Assembly (NCBI GenBank): GCA_030141605.1
Contig: JAQGDQ010000579.1
Span: 72,478 to 136,477, forward strand
Length of the DNA: 64,000 nucleotides
Source of the DNA: Tubiluchus corallicola
Taxonomy: Eukaryota > Animalia > Priapulida
Reading direction: 5' to 3'
Under the pieces are notes generated by a model, which saw only the letters and a program-made list of their open reading frames with translations, was not told where the DNA came from and made no database searches. Position numbers and translations under genes: made by a program. Below are positions 50,301 to 62,276 of the stretch, in pieces (within the stretch, counting starts at the first letter, position 1; the number at the start of each line of letters is the position of its first letter).

Positions 50301-53300
50301 GACTTATGGGTAGTTTTGGTTTGTAGGCACACGATTAATGGTTAATTAGCTAGACCTGTGCTGTGGCTTACATACATGTTTTCTGAAGGTCTTTACTAAT
50401 AAGTGCTTTCTCGTGCAGAGCAAGAAAAGCAAAATGATATTCACTTGAGGTGAATACTGCTGTTGTCCGATTTTGCGTTTTGTTTTTTGCTGCTTTCTGT
50501 GTGGAAAACATTACACTCATATCTCAGTTTGCCGGACAAAAGCGGGGAGACGTTAGTCCGAATTTGCCAGTTGTCCGTATTTACCGATACTAAGCTAATA
50601 CAGTAGGCACCATGTATTAAATTCACAATAACATTAATCACCTGATTGTCTCAAAAACGTCTAGTACGGACCGCTCCTATGCAAAAGTATATAAAAACTG
50701 TCGGCAATTGACTCAAATAACTCCGCATAGTTGACTACATTTTTTCTCCATATGCTTAAATAAGATACTTCTGTGTGACCAATGAGCTTTTACTATTTTT
50801 ATGTCGTCTTACATCGCTTTTGTGCACTATAATATATGTGGAAACAGTCACGTTAAGTACAGTTTGTTTGTAAGCAAGGTGCAAACAAAGTGACAGCCTG
50901 CCAGCCAACTAGTGGTCAGCTCACGAAACGATGGACTGTATCCGTAATATACGTGACTTTTTAACGGTCCAGATTTTGTCCAATTCTTCCGATACTCGTA
51001 AAAGCGAGGTCCGGCAAATCGAGATATGAGTGTATTGTCTAAGGAAACTAACCACAATGTTTTTTGTAAGCAATTTTAACTGCTAATGAGTTAAATATTA
51101 CATATCTTTCTAAATACTGTATAACTGTATGTTGTAGATAACTCGTTAATCTTAGCATCCTGTTAGGCTGTTACACTGAGCCCAGTTAGTCAGTGGGTTT
51201 AGTACTCACCCTATGTATTTTCATTTGCCATAAGGCTTTTAGTAGCAGTCACTCATCCATTTACTCTGCAGGTCTATTGTTGCCCAACTGCGGTTAGTAA
51301 GCATACACTGTAACTATGCGGCTAAATTCGTCTAACTTTTTGCCCTTGGTCTGGCATACAAAATAAACAATAGTGTTTGAACAATGTTACTACAGTGATT
51401 GTGAGAACAATGACAAAAACATAAACAGTAACACTAATGTTACATTGAAATTATATTATACCAGCCTCGTGCCTTATACATGCATAACATTTGCTGTTAA
51501 CTAAAGTTCAGCCAGAAAGGCTAAAGCAAATACCACGTTACAAATTCTTCGCAAATGAATACTTCTGTATCTTGATCTGCTTTTGGCGTAGTGTAATGCA
51601 AATATGTACAAATAATGCTGTGTCATTTTCATGTCAAAAAATTACGTGTAAATTCTATATGTAATCAGTATGTAGAGGCTGAAACTGAGTCAGTTGCTAC
51701 TACACCAGGCTGATTCACACAGTAAATCAGCTAGCTCGACTGAAGCTGAGTCAGTTGCTACTACATCAGCTGGCTCACACAGTAAATCAGCTAGTTGGTG
51801 GTTGGTGTTGTTTGTGGTTGTTGTGGTGTTTTGTGTGGTGGTTTTGTTTTTTGTGTGTTGTTGTGGGCTGAGTCAGTTGCTACTACATCAGCAGACTCAC
51901 ACAGTAAATCAACTAGCTCAGCTGGAACTGAGTCATTTGCTACTTTATTAGCTGACTCACACAGTAAATCAGCTAGCTCTACTAAAGCTGAGTCAGTTGT
52001 TACTACATCAGCTGACTCACACAGTAAGTGCTAGCTCGGCTGAACTGAGTCAGTTGCTACTAATCAGTGACTCACACAGTAAATCAGCTAGCTCGGCTGA
52101 AGTGAGTCAGTTGCTACTAACGCTGATTCACTCAGTAAATCAGCAGCTCGCTGAAGCTGTGTCAGTTGTAGTGCTCAGCTGACTCACTCAGTTGTGGTGG
52201 TGGTGTTGTTTGTGTTGTTGTGTGTGGTGGTGTTGTTTGTGTGTTGTGGTGGTGGTTTTGTGTGGTTTTGTTGGTGGTTGTTTGTGGTTGTTGTGGCTCA
52301 CACAGTAAATCAACTAGCTCAGCTGGAACTGAGTCATTTGCTACTTTATTAGCTGACTCACACAGTAAATCAGCTAGCTCTACTAAAGCTGAGTCAGTTG
52401 TTACTACATCAGCTGACTCACACAGTAACTAGCTCGGCTGAAGCTGAGTCAATTACCACTAGATCAGATGACTCACACATTAAATCAGCTAACTCGGCTG
52501 AAGGGGAGTCAGTTGCTACTAAATCGGCTGACTCACACAGTAAATCAGCTAGCTCTGCTGAATCTGAGTCAGTTGGTACATCGTCAGCTGACTCACTCAG
52601 CTGAGTTGGCTTAAAGAAAAAGTTGGCTGGGTCAGCTAACGCTACGAATTTTTAACTGAATAAATTAAAAATCGTTAGTTAACTGTTGCATTATGGAGCC
52701 AATTTTTCTAAATTATTTTTGTTGCTTATATACACAGAAAAAATAATTCAAATAAAGCATTAGAGATCAATTCGTTATTATTATAAAAAAAGCAACAGAT
52801 TTATTGCTACTATAATTTAAATCCAACTTTTGGCAAGGCTTATCTCGATGACCAACGAATCAAAACCAAAACATCAAAACGATTCCATACGTGTGACTAA
52901 CGTTGCCTATTTGTGTATTTAATTTTGAATTAACCAGCTGTCTAATTCAAAAATTTCTAAAGTTTAGCAGCTCTGCTAGCACATGCAAAATCTAACCGCG
53001 AATCTGCAATGCTTTTGCCATTATTTCAGCCAGTGATTTGTAATGTCACATGATTATCGCAAGAGGAAAAATTTTCGCAGCAGGCAAACATGTCGGCTAG
53101 CTCGACTCTCATCACTCAGCCACTGGCGCGACTAAAGCCGGGTTTTTATCGGCTAGGCCAACTCTGTAGAAATAAACCGGCTGGAGCTCAGCTGAAACCG
53201 GGCATCTCTGGGCTCCATATATGTATACAGTTACATGCCTTTTATTTTTAAAGGTGGAAATTGAAACAAACCCCGTCTAAGTAGGTGCAAACAGCTAACC

Positions 53301-54846
53301 TGGTTTTCAAAGCACATCCCGACAAGACTTTAAAATATCGTTTCAAGAGATGTGATAGAATGATATGGCTTGTGTAGTGTCATGTTATTGTAGGCTTCTT
53401 GGGTGTTTGCGGTCTTGTAGAATTGGACTCATAGATTGCCATCATAACCAAATCTCAAATGTTTTTGTTCTAGCATATAAGGTTTTTCTAATTTTCTGTG
53501 CTTGTCTCTGTTATTTCCTGATTTTGTGCTTTTTCAATCACGCTAGTTTCATGCTTTTTAGATTTTTCCATTCACGAGAATGCAGTTCTATCTATTAGGT
53601 GGTGACACATTGCGTGAAAGTGCTTTAGTATCATTTGATTTTAGTGAAACTAGTGATATTGGACTGCTTCATCCTGCAAAGCCTTGCCCAGTGCGCTTAC
53701 TGATTTTGCCTATAAACTTGTTTCTTTCCAAAAAGTTATGAGAAATGAAAGAAACAAGTTAGAGGAAAACCAGACGATTGTTTAAACTCAATCTCATTTA
53801 ATTTACTGTGCAAAATATACATTTTCTTGCCTATAAAAGTTAGCAATTGTTTCTCATATTTGAATAATTAGCTTAGAAAGTTAATTAACGGCAACCGAAC
53901 ACAGCTATTGCTTATGTCAGAAACTAACCACAGTTTGTGCAATGGCAGGCATCTTCTCTTGCGCGTCAAGCACGTGTGCGTCAGTGTTACTGCTTAAACA
54001 CGTGATGTCACGAAAATGGGCTCTACGACATATGCCGTCAAAAACTAACATGGTCATGCTTATCACGGTACCGCCTGCTATTTGTCGGCCACGCGAATGT
54101 GACAAAAAGTCGCCGCTGCTAATCTTAGTAGATTCACTGAGTAGCTTTGAAGGTTTAATGAAATTTGAGTATCCGAGGTAATTATTATTTAATCTAAGCT
54201 TTGATTGAAAAAAAGTTATTGTAGTTTTCAGTATTTTAGAGCATTATTTTTCTGATCTAATGTTTACACAACTGTCCGGTTTTCCTTTAACTATGTAAAA
54301 CTGCTTTGTTATCATGTTCGAATTAGCGCTTTTAGGCAAACACCGTTTGCATAGGCTTTGAAGGACCTGTCTAAAATTTTGTGTGCGTAGCTTTTCGTAG
54401 TGGATGCACTTTTAAGCAAAGTTTTGTTCGATAGTTTCCACTAGTTCCTGTTACACCTTTCCCGCTCCTGCACTTGACCCGTCAGTGACCATGCTTTGTT
54501 TACCAGGCTGCATACTATACTGTCCAGATGAGTGACCAGCCGCGGGTGGAAGAGGCGCAGACGTTACTCGGAGAAGAGGCCCAGCAGTCCGGTGCTGGCG
54601 GCGCAGCTTTAAAATTAGGGTAAATTATTTTTCTTATGTGTGAGTTCTTATGTGTGTGTGTGCATAATTGCAAATGTAACTTAGTGTTGTAACGTCGAGT
54701 TCATTTATTCAAATATTACGGTACTTAATTGGCTTAGTTGATTATCATAACTTTTTCTCAAAAACCCATATTAATAGTCTCAAAGTATGGCTTCATTACG
54801 GTCGGAAAAAATCTAGTGCAAATATTAAACTTCACTTAATAATAAT

Positions 54847-54888
<42 letters not shown>

Positions 54889-55290
54889 CTTTATTTAAGG
54901 TCTGCTTTTGGGTCAACAATTAACATTAGCTCAAAGAGCTATTATCGCCAACTGTAAATAACAACCTACAACTACACAACAGAGAGTATTATTACCCCAC
55001 TTTTACCCTAGATACCACGCGTCACGCGTCAGGCAGGGCAACAGCAGGTACCATTTTTAAAGGCTTTGGTATGACCCGGCCGCTGGTTCGAACTCACAAC
55101 CTCCCAGACGGAAAGCAGACGCATTACCACTAGACTAAACCGTCTGGTCTAAACTTTTTTTAGATTTGTGGCTGGGGTTATCCTGCGTGAAAGAATCCCA
55201 GCGTTCGAGCGCCTCTTGTGGAGAGCCTGCCGGGGAAACGTTTTTCTTAAATTTGCAGAGATCGAAACTCACTTGGAAGACCCGGTTACG
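41322..55290 (+). CDS. ATP6V0A1: V-type proton ATPase V0 subunit a (a1/Vha100-1-like), N-terminal six coding exons only
   Basis: Exons 41322-41438 ([33 protein letters not shown]), 42225-42303 ([26 protein letters not shown]), 44054-44151 ([32 protein letters not shown]), 45397-45525 (ATFEKLE...[10 protein letters not shown]), 54528(or 54507)-54619 ([17 protein letters not shown]...LKLG), 55164-55290 ([27 protein letters not shown]...EDPVT). Phases are consistent. No later exons were found in the window. Confidence 0.95.
41800..42130 (-). mobile_element. Non-LTR retrotransposon 3' remnant
   Basis: [10 protein letters not shown]...[12 protein letters not shown] resembles RTE-X-like ORF C-termini; degenerate. 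Confidence 0.4.
44558..45010. mobile_element. Tigger/pogo-like MITE remnant (mirror at about 62735-63189)
   Basis: TA|CAGTCAACCTCG... start with repeated TATAAGGGA subterminal motifs. Confidence 0.5.
47128..47963. repeat. 35/36-bp palindromic minisatellite (ATATAATAATATACCATACCTAGTACTCTAGGTAG)
   Basis: About 23 copies, each with the hairpin TACCTAG-nnnn-CTAGGTA. Confidence 0.95.
48768..49402. mobile_element. hAT-type MITE nested in an older Tigger-like element (mirror at 58622-59256)
   Basis: TAGGCCTGTAACGATACA.../...TGTATCGTTGCACCCCTA; perfect 8-bp TSD GTACTCGC. Confidence 0.85.
50514..51032. mobile_element. Tc1/mariner-type MITE (mirror at 56980-57498)
   Basis: TA|CACTCATATCTCAGTTTGCCGGAC...GTCCGGCAAATCGAGATATGAGTG|TA. 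Confidence 0.85.
51680..52610. repeat. ~60-bp minisatellite rich in TGAGTCA/TGACTCA, interrupted by G/T-only blocks
   Basis: Unit GCTGAGTCAGTTGCTACTACATCAGCTGACTCACACAGTAAATCAGCTAGCTCGGCTGAA. Confidence 0.9.
54985..55149 (-). mobile_element. tRNA-headed SINE with a Meta-like core
   Basis: Minus strand: GACCAGACGGTTTAGTCTAGTGGTAATGCG...GAGTTCGAACCAGCGGCCGGGTCATACCAAAGCCTTTAAAAATGGTACCTGCTG. Confidence 0.78.
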
Positions 55291-55999
55291 GTAAGTTTTG
55301 TAAATATCGTTTGTGTCTTTGTAGCAGCTGATCGATTACTTCTAGCTGTTTTTTATCGACTAACAATTTTATTTTAACGAACTTTAATTTTTAATTTGAA
55401 TCGTCAATGTGTTTTCATTGCGTTTAGATAAATTGCATGCGTTCTCCGGGTCTCGAGTTTAACAGTTCTGTTAGTTTAATCATACATTCAACAAAAGTAT
55501 GTATTTTGCTCCAAAAGCCGGTAGTTTTTGTAGTGAATATCAAAATGTTTTATTTTCAGTATCCATTTTGTTGGTTTCATTTACAACATACATTGAAACC
55601 AAGCGTACATATTTTATTTATACCATGCAAGTAAATAAATAAACCACACTTGTTGCAGTAAAATGTAGTTTATTATTTGTTTGAATATTTGAGGAATATT
55701 TCAACACTATGCACTCTTCGAGAATATGTGGCCACAATTATAATATGCACAACTTAGATTCAAAAATTGTCAATTCAAATCGCTTTCTTCTTAGTGAACT
55801 TACGACGACCTTAACCAGCCTAAGGTCAGCTAGAACAAAGCAATTTGAATTGAATTTGGCATCAACAAGTTTAATATAAGATTGTGCATATTATAATTTT
55901 GCCTACATATTCTTAAGGAGACTATAACAAGACAATTTACATCAATTTTATACAAAAGGTTCTTATCAACACGCCATTAGATATCAAAAATACAAAGAC

Positions 56000-56752
56000 G
56001 TGGGCGGTTGCGGGTGACAGGGCAGCTTGGAGTAAGTGGGAGGTTGTGGGTGACAGGGCAGCATGGAGTAGTGGGAGGTTGCGGTGACAGGGCAGCATAG
56101 AGTAAGGGGAGGTTGCGGGTGACAGGGCAGCATAGAGTAAGTGGGAGGTTGCGGGTGACAGGGCAGCATAGAGGGGAGGTTGCGGGTGACAGGGCAGCAT
56201 GGAGTAAGCGGGAGGTTGCGGGTGACAGGGCAGCATGGAGTAAGTGGGAGGTTGCGGGTGACAGGGCAGCATGGACTAAGTGGGAGGTTGTGGGTGACAG
56301 GGCAGCATGGAGTTGGGAGGTTGCGGGTGACAGGGCAGCATAGAGGGGAGGTTCTGGGTGGCAGGGCAGCATAGAGGGGAGCTTGTGGGTGACAGGGAGC
56401 ATAGAGGGAAGCTTGCTGGTGACAGGGCAGCATAGAGGAGAGGTTGGGGGACTTGACGGGGGAGGTTGTGGGTGACAGGGCAGCATAGAGGGGAGGTTGC
56501 GTGTGACAGGGCAGCATAGAGTGGGAGGTTGCGGGTGACAGGGCAGCATGGAGAGGGGAGGTTGCGGGTGACAGGGCAGCATAGAGTAGGGAGGTTGCGG
56601 GTGACAGGGCAGCATGGATAGGGGAGGTTGCGGGTGACAGGGCAGCATAGAGTGTGGGAGGTTGTGGGTGGCGGGGCAGCATGGAGTAGTGGGAGGTTGT
56701 GGGTGGCAGGGCAGCATGGAGTAAGTGGGAGGTTGCGGGTGACAGAACAGCA
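56000..56752. repeat. G-rich ~31-36-bp minisatellite (GGGAGGTTGCGGGTGACAGGGCAGCATrGAGTAAGT)
   Basis: About 22 copies with three GGG runs per unit; abuts the inversion breakpoint. Confidence 0.95.
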
Positions 56753-59700
56753 TGGATGAGTGACTGCTACTAAAAGCCTTATGGCAAATGAAAATACATA
56801 GAGCGAGTACTAAACCCGCTGACTAAATGGCCTCAGTGTGACAGCCTAACAGGAGGTTAGGATTAACGAGTTATCTACAACATACAGTTATACAGTATTT
56901 AGAAAGATAAGTAATATTTAACTCATTTGCAGTTAAAATTGCTTACAAAAAACATTGTGGTTAGTTTCCTTAGACAATACACTCATATCTCGATTTGCCG
57001 GACCTCGCTTTTACGAGTATCGGAAGAATTGGACAAAATCTGGACCGTTAAAAAGTCACGTATATTACGGATACAGTCCATCGTTTCGTGAGCTGACCAC
57101 TTGTTGGCTGGCAGGCTGTCACTTTGTTTACACCTTGCTTACAAACAAACTGTACTTAACGTGACTGTTTCCATATATATTATAGTGCACAAAAGCGATG
57201 TAAGACGACATAAAAATAGTAAAAGCTCATTGGTCACACAGAAGTATCTTATTTAAGCATATGGAGAAAAAATGTAGTCAACTATGCGGAGTTATTTGAG
57301 TCAATTGCCAACAGTTTTTATGTACTTTTGCATAGGAGCGGACCGTACTAGACGTTTTTGAGACAATCAGGTGATTAATGTTATTGTGAATTTAATACAT
57401 GGTGCCTACTGTATTAGCGTAGTATTGGTAAATACGGACAACTGGCAAATTCGGACTAACGTCTCCCCGCTTTTGTCCGGTAAACTGAGATATGAGTGTA
57501 ATGTTTTCCACACAGAAAGCAGCAAAAAACAAAACGCAAAATCGGACAACAGCAGTATTCACCTCAAGTGAATATCATTTTGCTTTTCTTGCTCTGCACG
57601 AGAAAGCACTTATTAGTAAAGACCTTCAGAAAACATGTATGTAAGCCACAGCACAGGTCTAGCTAATTAACCATTAATCGTGTGCCTACAAACCAAAACT
57701 ACCCATAAGTCGGCATACTCAAACTACATTATACTTCAAAGTAGAATGCACAAAAAATTTGGTGAATATCAGTTTTTTATCTTTATAAAAGCAAATGCCA
57801 AACATATTAGACTTTTATATTCAAGAAAATGATAATAAAAGTCTAATTCTACAACCCCGTACATACTTTTCTGGCTAGAAACTAATAATACAATTATAAA
57901 AAAACTCGTATTTTCAAACTCCGATAGTAGCTCGTTGAAGTAGTCATTTTGCTACAGGTTTTCCCTGTTGTCAAGCCCAGATCTTCGTCAGTAAGAGCCA
58001 TCTACTGGATTTAAACATAACATCAATGTGTTCTTGCAAAGTCCATAACAACCACAGTTTCTTATGGTTGCTAAGTGTTTAGTAGAAATGCAACAAAAAA
58101 CAATGGCTGACTTTAACAGCAATTTTCTCAAGATTAAGTTTTTCAGTGCGTAGCCTGCACCTCAACTTCAACGTGGATTATCTCAGTTTGGAAACAACAT
58201 AGAGCAATGAACTTGGTATCAAAATGATCCACACGAAATGGAGATTCAGGATATGTGAATAACTAGAAAAACTTAAGTGCCGACTCGTGGACGATTTTGC
58301 TAAGCAAACACACAATTGAAAAGTATGTTATAGCCATCAGCACAAAAAATTATTTGCATTTAATACATCCCATAAAATATTTCAAAACAACTGACCACAA
58401 AAGCGTTTTTCATTTTTTGCATTTGCAGGTAGTCGTCTACTTACGACGTATACAACTTACGACTGTTGGACTGTACAACCTGACCACAACTTAATTAATT
58501 TATTAATTATATAAACTAACTATTACTCATATTGCCTTCTATTTTTTTAAATAAATTAACTTCAAATCGCTACGTGCTTCGACAAATTCATCGTAGGTGA
58601 TGCTATAGTTAGTGCGAGTACTAGGGGTGCAACGATACACCTAAGTCAAGCGAAGATACATATCGCGATACTAACCATAAGATACGATACGTATCATGAT
58701 GCACATTGAGTTAACGTTTGCAAGCTTTATTAAAAAAACTAGATCAAGCCGTTGGTATATTATACATGTTAGATTTATCAAATTTTAAAATTAGTAAGTG
58801 GTGAATTAATTCAGCAAACCGTTTGACTTCTGTTTATACTCTTGTATCATTTGCATTGTAAGATACAAGAAATACAAAACATTTCAATACTTTTTGATTA
58901 AAATATGCTGGTGCATTTTCTAGTCCACATTTGCTGCAAGCCATTTCAGAAACTTGTAAGTAAAAATGTAATTAGCCTACTATAAATTATTATAAACACA
59001 TTGCAATTTTAACTGCTTTGCTTTGGCCGCTAGCAGCAGGTCTGCCTGCGTTAAGCTGCCTATATATGCTGAACTCACTGCACTGATTGTTACATTACAA
59101 CTGCAATTTGAGTTATTTCACGCTTTTTTCATCAGCGAGCGGTCAAGCTAGTGCTAAATATTAACGATTCATATTATCGCGATACTGCTGCATTTTGACG
59201 ATACACGTATTGTTACAAAAGCTGTCATGATGCATCGATGTATCGTTACAGGCCTAGCGAGTACACACACAATGTCCTGCATGTAGTGGACACACCACTC
59301 GAACATACGGTTCGACTTGCATCCAATTCTGAATCCACCAGAACTGATTGTGGTCGTAAGTCGACGACTGCCCACAAAATTCCCGGATTCCCAAACGATT
59401 TCTGGCAACCAAATGCGTCAAATAAATGAAAAAAAAGAATCCAAACAAATCATCTACGTCATGCACTGTCACGCATCGAGTTAGTGCAGCTACCGCACTG
59501 CAAAACTGTGCAGTCCTGAGTAATGTTGCACAGAAATATTAGAAGCATGCATTAGGAGCAGCAGGAAAAGTTGACCATGATTGTTTTAGCCAAGCCACTG
59601 AAACAACTTATACAATAAAATAGATGAATTATATGTCGACGATTAATGTAAAATAATACATTAATACAATATATATATATCACAAGTTGATTGAACCTGC

Positions 59701-60073
59701 CTGTACAAAACTCTTACTTTTGTCGTAAAGGGTTCAGTTTTAACAAAGCTCCAACCACACAAAACACAATGCTAGTTTATTGAGGACTGCAAAAATGGTG
59801 TGTAAAAAGAATGAACAATTTTTTTTATTAATGTCCATGGACGACTGTTTTACACAAGTATGTAATTCCAAGTTCATTCAAAACCCATAAATTTACACTG
59901 TATTATAAATTAGCATATTAACATAACTGCGCATAATTAATTAGATGAGACTAGTAGTAATTATATATATAGCTGCTGGCAGCACCAATGTTAATCATTT
60001 AATAAGTTATAAAGTGCACTAAATATATGCATTGCCAATAAATGTGACCTTGCATAGCAAAACTGGTATAGCC

Positions 60074-60727
60074 GGTATATTATTATATCTACCTAGAGTA
60101 CTAGGTATGGTATATTATTATATCTACCTAGAGTGCTAGGTATGGTATATTATTATATCTACCTAGAGTACTAGGTATGGTATATTATTATATCTACCTA
60201 GAGTGCTAGGTATGGTATATTATTATATCTACCTAGACTACTAGGTATGTGTACATTATTATATCTACCTAGAGTACTAGGTATGGTATATTATTATATC
60301 TACCTAGAGTACTAGGTATGGTATATTATTATATCTACCTAGAGTACTAGGTATGTGTATGTTATTATATCTACCTAGAGTACTAGGTATGGTATATTAT
60401 TATATCTACCTAGAGTACTAGGTATGGTATATTATTATATCTACCTAGAGTACTAGGTATGTGTATGTTATTATATCTACCTAGAGTACTAGGTATGTGT
60501 ATGTCATTATATCTACCTAGAGTACTAGGTATGTGTATATTATTATATCTACCTAGAGTACTAGGTATGTGTATATTATTATATCTACCTAGAGTACTAG
60601 GTATGTGTATGTTATTATATCTACCTAGAGTACTAGGTATGTGTATATTATTATATCTACCTAGAGTACTAGGTATGTGTATGTTATTATATCTACCTAG
60701 AGTACTAGGTATGTGTATATTATTATT
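60074..60727. repeat. Mirror copy of the 35/36-bp palindromic minisatellite (shorter, about 18 units)
   Basis: Reverse complement of the 47128-47963 unit. Confidence 0.93.
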
Positions 60728-62276
60728 CTCTTATTCATGCTGATCGTTTTCGTATCCGTTTCAGTTCTCTGCGTTGTTTCTGAGCCACTACGGTATTGAC
60801 ATTCACAGTTGAGCGAAAGGCAAAAAATGGCTTTCAAAGTTCGTGTTACAATTTGCATAGCAACCGAGAAAGATGTTGGTTACCATGTGGTTTGTGAGAG
60901 TGCTACAAAGTACAAGTCTCTTTCTGGAACTTGTACGCAAGCATAACCGTGCACCTAATTTTGAAGAATTGAGTTTTCTCAGTTTTTTTACCTCTGGTTC
61001 TATAATTAAACTAGCGCACTTTGGACGGTTTTGCTATGCAGAGTCTCAAATAGCACGTACACCAAATTTAAACGTTCCCAAAGCAGAAACCCTTTCAAGT
61101 TAGACACCTGAATTTACCTTATATGGAAATTAGTCAAATTACACCTTCACATCACAAATTACAAAAGCATTTTCACAGTATAACTAATAACTTTTGATAC
61201 AACAATAAAAACCATTTCTTTCATCTATTCATTTGCTGAAATGGGGGAGCTAAAGGTGGGTGGACACCGATATTCTCTCCTAGTATTAAACATCTGTATT
61301 TGTAAGCAGTGATGACGAGTATATTATTTTTCGTTTGCTTTATCATAAGATTATTTTACCTGAGAGTCTTACTAATTTTCCCACTGAATTAAAAATAAAA
61401 ACTTTTAATGTCAAATTCACTTTCCTTACATACCATGGTAATTAAGACCAGTAAACTTGAACATAAGAAACTGAAAATTCCATTATAAAACTCATAACAA
61501 ATAAACCTACACATAATTAAAACTTCATAAGTGGTAAGTAAAAAGTAACCCTTTCACAAAAAATAAGAATTTTACTCAGCTTATAATGTTAAGCAAAATA
61601 AACAGGGATGTTTTTTTACCTGAACAGGTAGGAAGTGTAAAGCCATCTTTCCTTAACAGACATGTTCATAAGACGTTAATGTAAGTATCAGCAATACTCG
61701 GGCTCTCGGTCTCACTAATACCACCACCCCATCGTTAAAGATGAGAGTTGATTATTTTAATTACATTGGTATGCCTTATGGCACACACATGAAAGATCGA
61801 AACACTGTAAAAGCTCCGAATGCAATTTCGTATGAAAATTACGCTTAACTCCTTCAGGAGAATTCAAAACAGGTCTTATAAGACCTATGAATTTTAGCTA
61901 CTGGTTTAATTGTGTCTGGATAGCCGAAATTTTCTGCATTAGCCAATTTCACACAAGCGATATTGTACATTGTTACAGTGCAAACACTGCAGTTACTGAA
62001 AACTTTTTTCAATTTTTTCGCCGATTTTTAATTTGTTAAGGTGAGCAAATGCATTTCATAACATTGTGTGAGCAGTAGAAACCTACAAAAATGATAAAAT
62101 ATAACTTAATCGCTGCTTAGTGAGAGCAGTTTTACATGAACCCTTGCAAAATGCAGTAAACGCTCACGGTCGTGAAAGAGTCAAATGCAATTCAATATAT
62201 GATTTACTATTCCATATTTTATTTAGTTACAGATCCTTTTTGCAAACATTACGAAAAAAGTGCTAATTATACAAAC

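Noticed and set aside
53562-53690. Possible extra alternative V-ATPase exon (...[31 protein letters not shown])
   Set aside because: Open in phase 0 but the donor (GTGCGC) is weak and there is no recognisable homology; needs RNA-seq.
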